Shown: piece after piece, positions 23,641-33,879 of the stretch
Layout of the letters: each line of letters begins with the position of its first letter
How positions within the stretch are numbered: position 1 is the stretch's first letter
Assembly (NCBI RefSeq): GCF_006345805.1
Contig: NC_042998.1
Span: 8,866,001-8,930,000 of the forward strand
DNA: 64,000 nucleotides
Reading direction: 5' to 3'
From: Octopus sinensis
Taxonomy: Eukaryota
Program-made: the position numbers and the translations under genes
The notes under the pieces: generated by a model
Database searches by the model: none
Told to the model about the DNA's origin: nothing
What the model saw: the letters and a program-made list of their open reading frames with translations, nothing else

Positions 23641-24365
23641 CCCGTTTCTCAGCGCGCTTTTTTTTCGTCATATTCCTTCAATATACGATGCCTTACACCT
23701 GTTACACATATTTTTTCCCATTTTTGCCACCTGAGAGACGAACAAAAAGACAAACAAGTCATTCAAGCCTTCATTCTTCAGTCAGAAACTGATCCCTCAT
23801 CGCAGATTTCGGCCGTTTAATTCTGAGATCCGCTCTGAATCAGCCAGCCACAGAAGGAAAGAATGAAACGCAACAGAGACGAACAGGAAACAAAAAATCT
23901 TTTTTGGGGACAGTAACGATTAAAAACATGAAAGACACAGGCGCCATACGGCTTTGAGACAAACAGAGAGACACAAAAATAATAATATCAACAGCGTGGA
24001 AAAATTTACCTTTACGGTGAAGGGACACGTGTAAGGAAAGAAAATAGTTTAAGCGGCCGATGGAAACGAGGCGGCGTTTGAAAAAGGATAAGAGAGAGAG
24101 AAGGGAGTAAGAGAGAGAGAGGGGACAGTGACCGAGAGAGAGAGAGAAAGAAAGAAAATAGTTTAGAGACATCGTGCAGGGGTATTAAAATGATAAACAT
24201 AAGGAAGTCATTTTGCACGTGCGCTGTGAAATATATAATAGACCTTTATATAAATAAATAAATAACGTGAAATACACGAAGAGACGAGCAAAAAGACAAA
24301 CAAGTCATTCAAGCCTTCATTCTTCAGTCAGAAACTTATACATAATTATAACTAGGGATCCGAGG

Positions 24366-24485
<120 letters not shown>

Positions 24486-24983
24486 AAAAAATGAAGTTCG
24501 AAAATGCTGCTGTATTATACAATTTTTAATTTTTATATATACATTATAACATGTTTCAGTTCCTGAAATGAACCTTATCAAAAAAAGTTATATATAAAAA
24601 GAGACAGCTCATGCCGTCAAACACAAGAAATTCATTTATAATACACAACGGAGTCAGACATCTTAGAGTTCATGTATAGTTGATATATAGTTCATGTATA
24701 GTTGATATATAGTTCATGTATAGTTGATATATAGTTTGAAGTATATGTTCAAAGTGTTCGATGCAGTGGCCCACGGTGGCGATACGTATTCAATACAAAA
24801 AACAGATCAAAGTGGTGGAAAGCGGTCAATACAGAAGATTGATGTTTCCGAAAGAGCGAGGAATTCATTTTTACCTTAAGCAATTGTGATGACCCATGGT
24901 GGAAGTTCGCTGGGTGGTTCTAGTGAGTTTTTGTGAAATGCTCGGTTTTATAATGCCTGTTAGGTGGTCAATCTAGCGTAGCG

Positions 24984-25159
24984 TGACGTCATCAATGTTT
25001 GGACCAATCGTTTCGTTAGGTGGCTTTAATCAAGTGGAACGGGACGTCATCATTATTTTGACCAATCGCTGCATTATAACTCCCTCTTGTTTGTTTCCTG
25101 TCTTGACCAGTCGCTTCGTTAGTCAAGCATAGCGGGACGTCATCCAGATTCTGCCCAAT
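24984..25159 (+). promoter_or_regulatory. Three GACGTCA-N12-CCAAT (CRE-like plus CCAAT) modules
   Basis: TGACGTCA 24984-91/CCAAT 25004; GGACGTCA 25042-49/CCAAT 25062; GGACGTCA 25135-42/CCAAT 25155. Function is unproven. Confidence 0.45.
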
Positions 25160-25244
25160 CACGACTTATAGCTACATTAGATCTGCCCCCTGTCTGTACT
25201 TGTTATGTGACTATTCAAGCAGAAAATGTATGTATATACACATG

Positions 25245-25326
<82 letters not shown>

Positions 25327-25699
25327 CGTGTGTATATATGTACATGCATTTATATATGTATATATATAAATATATGCATATATATATATATATTTGGATA
25401 TATCTTGTTACCATTTTCTTCCGTAGCATACGGACCTCGTAGAAGTGCTCAATTCAAACCTGAGGCGTCAGATAAATATAATGGGTACAATAGGAAGAGC
25501 TCAAATCAGGTAAACTAAGGTGAACACACACACACACATATATGTGAGTGTTTAATTAAGATAAAATTAAAAATCGTCTTAGTTGAAACACCAATTGATA
25601 TATTAGAGATGTAAAAATACTAAAAATAAACATGGGCATATATGTATACGTATATATAATGCATTAGTAATGGAATATAGATAAAACCGTTTTATATGT

Positions 25700-25915
25700 G
25701 ATTGTGTGTGTATTTCTGTGATTGGGGCTGAGTTTGTCCCACCCCACCATTGTTTTACAACCGATGCTGGTGGTTTTACTTTACCGAAAATAAGTAGTTT
25801 GGAAAAAAAGACAGAATAATACTAGGCTTATTCAGAAACAATGCTAGGATCGATTTGTTCGGCTAAAACCCCTTAAGACGGAGCTCCAGCATGGTCGCAG
25901 TTAACAGAATAAAAG
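25700..25915 (+). mobile_element. Degenerate SINE 3' half
   Basis: ACAACCGATGCTGGTG...CTCCAGCATGGTCGCAG resembles 59930-60070. Confidence 0.65.
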
Positions 25916-26373
25916 AATATATATATATGTGGATTTGTGTGTGTGCGTTTGTGTGTTGGTATGTTAAAAGAAAAATAGACATATCCTTGGATAAAATTTT
26001 GCACTGTCATTACGATTAAATTTCAGAGAAGCAAACTCTTTTAATAGAGCTTCCCTTCAAATACTCAATCTGACACTCACACCCACTTGCTTTGTTGTGT
26101 CAGCCTATTTCACTAGTCTCAACCACCTGAAAAACTACCAAGTTTATTTTATAAGACATATTTCTTTGTGTGTGCATTTATTCTGAAATTAATTATTATT
26201 TATGACGAAATATTGCAGTTTATATGGTTTGAAATAGCAGTTACTTACAGCAGAGCAAAACCGTTTAATAGACTTCAACTATAGTTCGCCCTACTCAAGT
26301 TGTTTTATTCTCTATCGACAAGTTTGACCGACAGGGAACATTGCTATTTATTCTAGGTTAGATATTCATCTAT

Positions 26374-26520
26374 AGGCGTGGTTGTGTGGTAAGAAGCTCG
26401 CTTCACAATCTCATGGCTTCCAGTTCAGGCCCACAGCATGGAATCTTGGGCGTCATCTACTATAGCATCGGGTGCCTTGTCAATGGATTTGGCAGACGAA
26501 AGCAGAAACCCGTGGTACAC
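26374..26520 (+). mobile_element. Degenerate SINE 5' half
   Basis: GGCGTGGTTGTGTGGTAAG...GATTTGGCAGACGAAAGCAGAAACCCGT resembles the SINE head and body. Confidence 0.6.
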
Positions 26521-27194
26521 ACACACATATATATATATATATATATTAAATTAGAGATAAAACCACTATTAGGCAAATCAAACAGTGAAAAAACATAAGC
26601 CAATACATAAATTAGATAAATAATTAGATAAACTTTGATAAACTTAGATATGTTTCGACTAAAGATTGGTCCAGGCTATGTCTAATTTAATAGCATAACT
26701 TAGCGATTGTCTTTTTAAATTGATATTCGCTATTTATTTCCTGTTAATATCCTTAGTAATTTTCTCTAGGTATCTGAGGTGTTCATTCCTCCGGGGTGAC
26801 TTCCTGAATTTAATCCTCCTTACAATGCCCCATAAGTCAAAGAATTTTGAGGATGACTTATGGGCATTGTAAGGAGGATTAAATTCAGGAAGTCACCCCG
26901 GAGGAATGAACACCTCAGATACCTAGAGAAAATTACTAAGGATATTAACAGGTCAGACGGAATCCTGGTCCAATATGACAAAACAAGGAACACGTACAAG
27001 TTACCCATTAACCAGTACTTAGAATTACTCGGAAAAGAGATCCAGAAGAACTATAGAACCACAAATAGGAACACACTGAGAAAAGTCAACTTGGAGATTA
27101 AGAAAATAATGGTTAATTATGGAATTCAAATGAGAACACAGCTGCTTAGCCCTAAACAACCTAGATTCATCGTTAAGGACCACAAACCAAATTT

Positions 27195-30164
27195 CTACAC
27201 CAACCCAGCATTAAGGCTCATATGCCCTTCTAGTTCTGACATCGGCGCCATCAGTAAGTACATTTTAGACAAATACATTCCTAGTTTAGTCAACAAGCTT
27301 AAGCTTAACCTCTGGGTGAACTCCTCGCAAGTTGTAAAGTGGTTCTCTTCTGTAGTACGTGTATGCCGCACGTGCGTTCTGCTTGTCACTTCCGCTTCCG
27401 CCGGCGCATGCGCCCTGCAAGACCTGCAAGACCCACTTCCGCTCCTTCCCATTCCGTCACACTCCTTCAACACCACACGCCCCCCTGATCTATAGATCAC
27501 TGAACCGGCTTCCTCACTCGCTCCCGCACCTGAAACTGGTTTCATAGTCAGCCAACCAGGGAGGAGGGTGCCGCTCCCTCTGTGGTCGCAGGGCGACGTA
27601 GGACTTGTTTCTGGCGTGTTGCTGCCGACCTCGTCATCCTGTCTGTTGTTATCGTCTTGCCCACTGTTGCTTGTCCCATCCTCTGGGGCATGGACTATCC
27701 TCCGTATGTCCAAAACGTGGCGTGGCATACCATCGACCGAGATGTTATTCTTTGAATTTACGGAGGTTATTGTCCCCTTTCCCCATTGCGATGTACACCG
27801 TGCGTTTGGGGGTTTTACCCAGACTTCCTCCCCGACCTGCACGAAGGCGTGCTCTTCCTCTGCCCCGGGTCGCATTGATGTAGTACACGGATGCCTCCAC
27901 TCGTACCTGAATATTGCCCTGTGTGGCACCGACTCCTCAGCCTGTCCTGATCTGGGCGACATGTTGTACCAAAACACGGCCTCGACTGGTGAAATGTGAC
28001 CCCTCTCTGCCATGGCCTTGATGGTACGATGATGCCTTTCCACCACCCCGTTTCCACTTGGCCGGTATGCCGCCCTGAAGAAGCGGTTGACCTTCCACTC
28101 ATCAAGCATTTCTCTCAGCGCATCCGAGCGAAATGCAGTGCCGTTGTCCAGAAGCAGTTCCTCCACGGGGCCTCGTTCCAGGAATATCTCATTCAACACT
28201 TTCGCAATTTCTTCTGCGGTTCCCGACCTCATCTCCCTCCATATGGCGAACCGCCCCGGTCCGCAGTCAACCATTGAGAGGTATGTCCCCTGCCGGTAGT
28301 GTGTTATGTCCACCGCCAGTCGTCTCCAGTCCTGGTCCACTGGAATACTTCCCGCTTCATGCACGACCGGAGCAGGGTCGATGGACTGGCACCTGTCACA
28401 ACTGCTAACCACTCTCCGCACGCTCTGTCTTGTTACGTCGGAGTCGACTTTTCTGGCTAGGAACAACGTCCTGTCCACACCCATGTGATGCATGATGTGC
28501 AGTCTCCGCAACTCCGAGTCGCTCAGATGGCATACTGCAGCTACATCCTGCTTCGCATCCTCTGGCACTTGCAACCAGGCTCGCTTAACCCTGGTCAGGA
28601 CGTTTGCCCTGTTCTTCTCGGAAGGCACAAAGATCACGCTCAGCTTCAGATTGAACTCAGTGGTTAGTTCACGCAGTATTCCTAATCGACGCTTTACCAG
28701 CATATCTGCAGCCCCTTTGGTCCGCACCCTCCGCTCATCGGTGATGACTGCTGTCGCCCAACCAAGTACAGTGGCTGAATCAGTCCTGATCTCTATGGTG
28801 TGCAACCCCCACTTCAAGGCTAGGTTCACCCCCTTCAGCACGGCTTCAAACTCCGCCACGTTGATGTGATTGCAGTCATCCATCTTCCTGAGCCAGGCTG
28901 CATCTTCCACCGTGACACCTCCCACTTCCAAGACGACCCCTATTGCGATGCTACTGGCGTCACACCATACGATCCCGCTCTTTGATTTGGGAACATACCA
29001 GCTGCCCCTCACCGGGTCCTCTGCTCCTACTCTGACCAAGACTTCCTGCATCATGTCGATCGTCCTCTCCACCACTTTATCATTCCACTTCACTCCTTCG
29101 GCTCGTCTCTTGATGAAGCTGCATGCTGTCCGGAGCCAGCCTGCAATCGGGTAGTGTCCCACCAGTTTCCCACACACAGAGAACAGTTCCCGTCTACTCA
29201 TGCTGGCGCCCAGTTCAGGGATCTCATTCCCTCGCCGGAACACCAAGGCGCCGGCTTTGTCTCTCCATAGCTTGAGGCCCAGTGCAGCACCTCCCTCCAT
29301 AGCCTCTGGCGGCTTGGCGATCAGTCCAAAACTCTTCAGGTGGCCTATGACCTCCGTTGCTGGTATCACGGTTTCATCCACCAGAATGTCGTCGATGTAT
29401 GAATTGGTGGCCCTTTTTACTCTGTCCACCTTCCCCAGGACGGCCTTGAGAATTGTTGCCATCAGTGGCAGGACTCCGCTCTCTTCTTTTTCCCAGGGGA
29501 TCAGTATGCCCTCCTTAATCCACCGCTCCACCTCCCCCTCGAACTCACTTCTGGCATCTCCTTTTAGAGTATGCTGATAGCAGCCCACTTTATTCTTTAA
29601 CATCGGGGGCTCTCCCTTCCAGTGCCACTCCACTGTCCACCTCTCGCCATCAAAGACAGCCCGAAAATCCTGGTCTTCAATGGTGTGCGCCGCATCCATT
29701 TCCTCACGGTTGTCGTCGGTGCGTGGTCTCGCCCTACACGGCTTCCCTGCTAGCCCAAACGTTACGCCAGCCTCGTTGACGGTGACACCTCCCAAACGGG
29801 TGATCGCATCCATCCCCATCACCACGTCGACCACAATCGCTCGCAACGTCAGCTGCAGTCCCTGCACCACAATCTGCGCATCCGTAACCCCTTCGCAGTG
29901 CACTTCTCTTCCGTCGACTGCCCTAACACTGCTTCCTCCACTCCACGTCTCTTCCACTTCTGTGGTCATCAGGGTCGTCGTACAGCCCGTGTCCACCAGG
30001 GTTCGCGACATCTTCCCCTTCACCAGAATGTCGACCACAGGTAACGATGAGAAACGCGCCGCTACTAATCCAAAGAGACAACTACCGGCGCAGTAGTCTC
30101 CCGCGGTCCGTTTCCCCGCAGACACTCGCTGGCCACATGCCCCGGCTCTCGACACCGGTAGCAA
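27195..30164 (-). CDS. pol: Gypsy Pol (protease, RT with in-frame internal deletion, RNase H, integrase)
   Basis: LVDTGC protease; YIDD; WCDAS..HINVAE..TDS RNase H; HH..C..C zinc finger plus VDITH/DNG/VERHH integrase. Central RT motifs are missing at LPLMA|TILKAV. The last part reads through the deleted LTR. Confidence 0.85.
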   Translation of the reverse strand: MLPVSRAGACGQRVSAGKRTAGDYCAGSCLFGLVAARFSSLPVVDILVKGKMSRTLVDTGCTTTLMTTEVEETWSGGSSVRAVDGREVHCEGVTDAQIVVQGLQLTLRAIVVDVVMGMDAITRLGGVTVNEAGVTFGLAGKPCRARPRTDDNREEMDAAHTIEDQDFRAVFDGERWTVEWHWKGEPPMLKNKVGCYQHTLKGDARSEFEGEVERWIKEGILIPWEKEESGVLPLMATILKAVLGKVDRVKRATNSYIDDILVDETVIPATEVIGHLKSFGLIAKPPEAMEGGAALGLKLWRDKAGALVFRRGNEIPELGASMSRRELFSVCGKLVGHYPIAGWLRTACSFIKRRAEGVKWNDKVVERTIDMMQEVLVRVGAEDPVRGSWYVPKSKSGIVWCDASSIAIGVVLEVGGVTVEDAAWLRKMDDCNHINVAEFEAVLKGVNLALKWGLHTIEIRTDSATVLGWATAVITDERRVRTKGAADMLVKRRLGILRELTTEFNLKLSVIFVPSEKNRANVLTRVKRAWLQVPEDAKQDVAAVCHLSDSELRRLHIMHHMGVDRTLFLARKVDSDVTRQSVRRVVSSCDRCQSIDPAPVVHEAGSIPVDQDWRRLAVDITHYRQGTYLSMVDCGPGRFAIWREMRSGTAEEIAKVLNEIFLERGPVEELLLDNGTAFRSDALREMLDEWKVNRFFRAAYRPSGNGVVERHHRTIKAMAERGHISPVEAVFWYNMSPRSGQAEESVPHRAIFRYEWRHPCTTSMRPGAEEEHAFVQVGEEVWVKPPNARCTSQWGKGTITSVNSKNNISVDGMPRHVLDIRRIVHAPEDGTSNSGQDDNNRQDDEVGSNTPETSPTSPCDHRGSGTLLPGWLTMKPVSGAGASEEAGSVIYRSGGRVVLKECDGMGRSGSGSCRSCRAHAPAEAEVTSRTHVRHTRTTEENHFTTCEEFTQRLSLSLLTKLGMYLSKMYLLMAPMSELEGHMSLNAGLV
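27351..27477 (-). repeat. 3' LTR (carries a 142-bp internal deletion relative to the 5' LTR)
   Basis: Identical by eye to 30868-30879 plus 31022-31136. Confidence 0.9.
30054..30116 (-). promoter_or_regulatory. Predicted -1 ribosomal frameshift signal (GGGAAAC plus H-type pseudoknot)
   Basis: G GGA AAC in the gag frame (30116-30110). 7-nt spacer. Stem GGGAGACTAC/GTAGT-TGT-CTCTT. Loop GCGCCG pairs with downstream CGGCGC. Confidence 0.75.
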
Positions 30165-30820
30165 ATCACCTCAGGCTTGGGCGACGCGCAGTCACGGACC
30201 ATGTGTGGGCCCTGGTACCGGAAACACTGTCCCTTGAACGATCGCACGCGTTCTTTCCCCAGTCCCTCTCCGTTGCTCCTAGCTGGGCCACTTTTCGACG
30301 TTACAGTCGCTGCTACCGACGTCAACCTGCTGCACGACACCAGTACACGTGCCCGCGATATGATCTCGGCCATCGGCATCGAACGCACGTTCTGGAGCTT
30401 CTGTAGCTCGACCGACATAATGTCGGGAAAGCCGGTCACGAACGCTAACCTAACCGTGCGTTCTAGCGACTCTCCCTCATATCCCGCAAGTTTAGCCAAC
30501 CTTCTAAGCTCACCGGCGAACACATCCACCTGTTGTCCTGTCCACCTCATTCTACCCAGTCGAGTGTACGCTTCAAACATTCCTTCCGCGAAGGCCTCCA
30601 TAAGTCGGATCTCCACCTTGTCCGCGCTGAGTTGGTCCGTCTCCTCCATCTCCAGATATAACGCCAACGCCGGGCCATCCAAATACAACGGCATAAAACT
30701 AGCCAGATCAGCTATGCCGTGTAGCTTCGCCACCAATTTTACCCTCCTCAACCAAGCGACCACATCGGTGTCGCCGCAAAACGGTGTAATGGGGTCGCGT
30801 GAAATCATAGCAGTCTGCAT
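30065..30820 (-). CDS. gag: Gypsy Gag with zinc knuckles
   Basis: 251 aa; CYRCREPGHVASEC CCHC knuckle plus a degenerate first knuckle. Overlaps pol in the -1 frame. Confidence 0.85.
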   Translation of the reverse strand: MQTAMISRDPITPFCGDTDVVAWLRRVKLVAKLHGIADLASFMPLYLDGPALALYLEMEETDQLSADKVEIRLMEAFAEGMFEAYTRLGRMRWTGQQVDVFAGELRRLAKLAGYEGESLERTVRLAFVTGFPDIMSVELQKLQNVRSMPMAEIISRARVLVSCSRLTSVAATVTSKSGPARSNGEGLGKERVRSFKGQCFRYQGPHMVRDCASPKPEVICYRCREPGHVASECLRGNGPRETTAPVVVSLD

Positions 30821-30867
30821 AATTTTCTATTTTTACGAAACCGAGTGATTATTTTGCCGAAATAGCT

Positions 30868-31141
30868 TGTAGTACGTGTGGTGAAAGGAGTATAACAGAA
30901 CAAGGAAAGAATTAGAAGTGTAATTTGGTCTTACCTGCGGAGATGAAGTCGGATCGCTTTTAGCCAACTCGCTAACGTCTTGTCGTCGTCGTGTCTTGCT
31001 CGAGTCTGTGTCAACTCCTCAATGCCGCACGTGCGTTCTGCTTGTCACTTCCGCTTCCGCCGGCGCATGCGCCCTGCAAGACCTGCAAGACCCACTTCCG
31101 CTCCTTCCCATTCCGTCACACTCCTTCAACACCACACCACA
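30868..31141 (-). repeat. 5' LTR (274 bp)
   Basis: TGTAGTACG...ACCACACCACA on the plus strand. Has an extra 5-bp CCACA at its outer end compared with the 3' LTR. Confidence 0.9.
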
Positions 31142-33879
31142 TCTTCTATCCCTAATAAAAACCGAACTAAGTTCATTCAGTTCGATATTGCTAATTTCTA
31201 CCCCTCAATTAACCCTAGTGTACTCAATAAGGCCCTGTGGCATGCACATAATAAGGCAGGTCTCACTAGAGAAGAAATTGATATAATTCTAGTCGCCAGA
31301 AAATCGTTTATAAAGTTTGAAATAAGTTGTGGGTTCGTAGGGATACTCCCAACGAGTTCGATGTACCTATGGGTAGTTCAGATAGCGCGCAGATTGCTGA
31401 TTTGGTCGGAATCTATATTCTCTATGAATTATCCGACCAATTCCCGGACATCGGTAGCGGCCTATATCGTGACGATTGTCTGTTTTACCTACAAAACACC
31501 CCGAACAGAATCGTACAGAAAACTAAAAGTAGATTAGCTAGGTTCTTTAATAGGATGGGCATGAGCATAGTTTTTGTAAACGAACTTACCAAGGCTAATT
31601 TCTTAGATGTCACACTAACCTGCATAGCGATTCGTACTGCCCCTACCACAAACCTTCCACTAGCTTAACGTATGTCAGTGTTTTCTCTAACCACGCTAAA
31701 ACTATAACAGACAATTTGGTTAAAAATATTTCTCAAAGATTAACAAATTTGTCGGCCAATGTCGACATTTTTAGGCAGAAAGCGGAATTTTATAATGCCG
31801 CCCCGTCTAAAGCAGGTTATAGGGAGAAGGTAGTATATATAGATCCGGCCCTTCCGAAGCCAGCATTCTGTCATCAGGACAGGGCCAGCTACAATAACAT
31901 AAATAATATAAGTAGTGATGGTAGCCTGGTGAATGTCGAGACAAGTACATCTAGAATAAATATAGATAACATAAATAATTTGCGGTCCAGGGGAGGCCAT
32001 AGTAAGCCAAAACCTATTATTCAACCTAGAAATACCCACCGCAATGTCAGAGTTGACTCCCCGACCCAGTACAAAAACAGGAATAAATATATTTGGTTTG
32101 TAATCCCCTTTGGTAAACAAATAAGATCTAACCTACCCCTGCAGTTTCGCCAAGCCATTGCCAGTAATTTTCCCAGAAATTCCAGATATTACGCCACTGT
32201 TAACTCACACAAAGTTAGAATAGCCTTCTCCAATACTAAAAATCTCTCACAGATAATTTCCTCCCATAACAATAAGCTGCTAAATAAGACCCTCTCACCC
32301 ACGTTCGGAGACGCAGCTCCGTCTAATGCCAGAATAACGCGCAGTAATAATAATAATAATAATAATAATGATAATAGAACCGGCACAGATATTAGCAATC
32401 CCCATACCAGCCATGGAGTTAATAATAGGAATAAGGATAAGAGCAATGGTGGCGGCATTAACGTTAGTAATGGTAATAGGGATAAGTGCACTGACCGAGT
32501 CATTAATGTAGGGAGTCCCAACAACAATATTAGCAGCGGCTTTAACAACAGTAGTACCACGGACATTAGCAATCACAGGGTTCTCAGTGGCAGGGATTAT
32601 ACAGGGGATATTCCATTAAATAGTATTGATAATGGGGCGTATAATGTCGAAGACAGTCGTAGTTCTTACAATTATCATAGTAATAAGAACGCCGTATTAA
32701 TATCGGAAGCCAATCCCAATAGAATAAGGTTCTTATCTAGTAATTCCAAGATTAGAAACGCCATTTACCAATGCAGAGTTTATACTGAATCAGATGTCTA
32801 CTCGTATATCGGAGCGTCATCATCAAAATTGGCCGTTAGAATATCGAACCACTTCACAACGTTTCGCGATTTTGGAAAACAACACGCGACCGGACTAAGT
32901 AAATTAATCTGGCGTTTGAAGAACGCGAATTCAGCCTTTAGACTGGAATGGTCGATTTTATCGGTGTCTGTACCGTTTGATAGAGGCAAAAGATTCTGTA
33001 ATCTTTGCAACTCGGAGCTTTTTCACATTTTGTTCGCCCGAGGGCAATTAGTTAACGCGATTTTGCAAAACTCTTTTAGATGTCCGCACTGGAGACGGCA
33101 TACATTTCTTGCATACAAATGAAGCCTAAGATAATTAACCCCTTGATGTCCTAAGAAAGGAAAAATTTTGGAAAAAAAAAAAAATTTGGAAGAAATTTTG
33201 ATTTAAATTTGTAAGGGGAAATTACTCCCCTATTAGAGTAGGAACTTCTACTTATTTAGAAATACTATCAGGGATTATGCTCCCCTTGTTGACAATTCAT
33301 ATCTCTATAAACTGGTCACAGACGAACACACATACACAGGTTTTTATCAGCGGCTTGACCATTAATAGCTGCTATTTATTTCTCCCTAGCTGCTTCCTAA
33401 ACAGACTTCCACACATACATAGGCGCACACACACATACATGTAGGTAGTTTCTCACACCCAAATACGATAGCATTCATTCTTAAAACAATTCCAATATTA
33501 ACACTAGTCATACAGAATATATTCACACTCTTTGGTTTTCTGTAATTCTTCCCCTCCCCAAATTAACCGTATTTTGACCTCGAATTATCTCAACGGACTT
33601 TTTCATCGGCTTTCACCCACCCCGACGTCAACGCATATTGAGAGACAGTTTTGTGCCATTCAGACCATGGGCTCCTAGAGAGCGTTTGTTGAAAAGCTTG
33701 CTGCGCATTATGTTGGAGATTTAAGTTCCTGGATTTTCCTGAAGAGAAAGCTGCAAAATGATCTCCTTATTCAATCCGAATTAGGGACTTTGCAGCCTTT
33801 GAAACATATGTAGAAAATAATAAAAAGGAATTTTGTAAAATCTTCGTTCAGCTCCATTTCTTCCCTCACTAAATATATA

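Larger units (their letters stand above)
21118..23731 (+). mobile_element. Merlin (ISXO2/IS1595-like) DNA transposon derivative with long tandem-repeat TIRs
   Basis: Ends GGTGGCAAAAATGG... and ...CCATTTTTGCCACC are inverted. 163-bp subterminal units are inverted between the two ends. Encodes a transposase C-terminal half. No TSD found. Confidence 0.8.
27351..31141 (-). mobile_element. Ty3/Gypsy LTR retrotransposon with 5-bp TSD (TCTTC)
   Basis: TG...CA termini. TCTTC at 27346-50 and 31142-46. LTRs 27351-27477 and 30868-31141. PPT-like AGATCAGGGGGGCG just upstream of the 3' LTR on the minus strand. Confidence 0.92.
26800..33125 (+). mobile_element. Penelope-like element (RT plus GIY-YIG), split by a Gypsy insertion and frameshifted
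   Basis: YDKTRNTY, KDHKPNF..LRLICPSSSDIGAISKYILD..WVNSSQVVKWF (26860-27350) resumes at 31142 with KFIQFDIANFYPSI, MGSSDSAQIADLVG, LYRDD, NFLDVTL. ORF 31716-33122 has AIYQC..YIG and CNLC. Confidence 0.9.

Noticed and set aside
26640-26690. Minus-strand GTC-GAAAC-ATAT motif upstream of the Penelope ORF
   Set aside because: No CTGANGA and stem III is unpaired; at most a relic.
27195-27350. C-terminal extension of Gypsy Pol
   Set aside because: It lies outside the element (antisense Penelope sequence) and is reached only by read-through of the deleted LTR.
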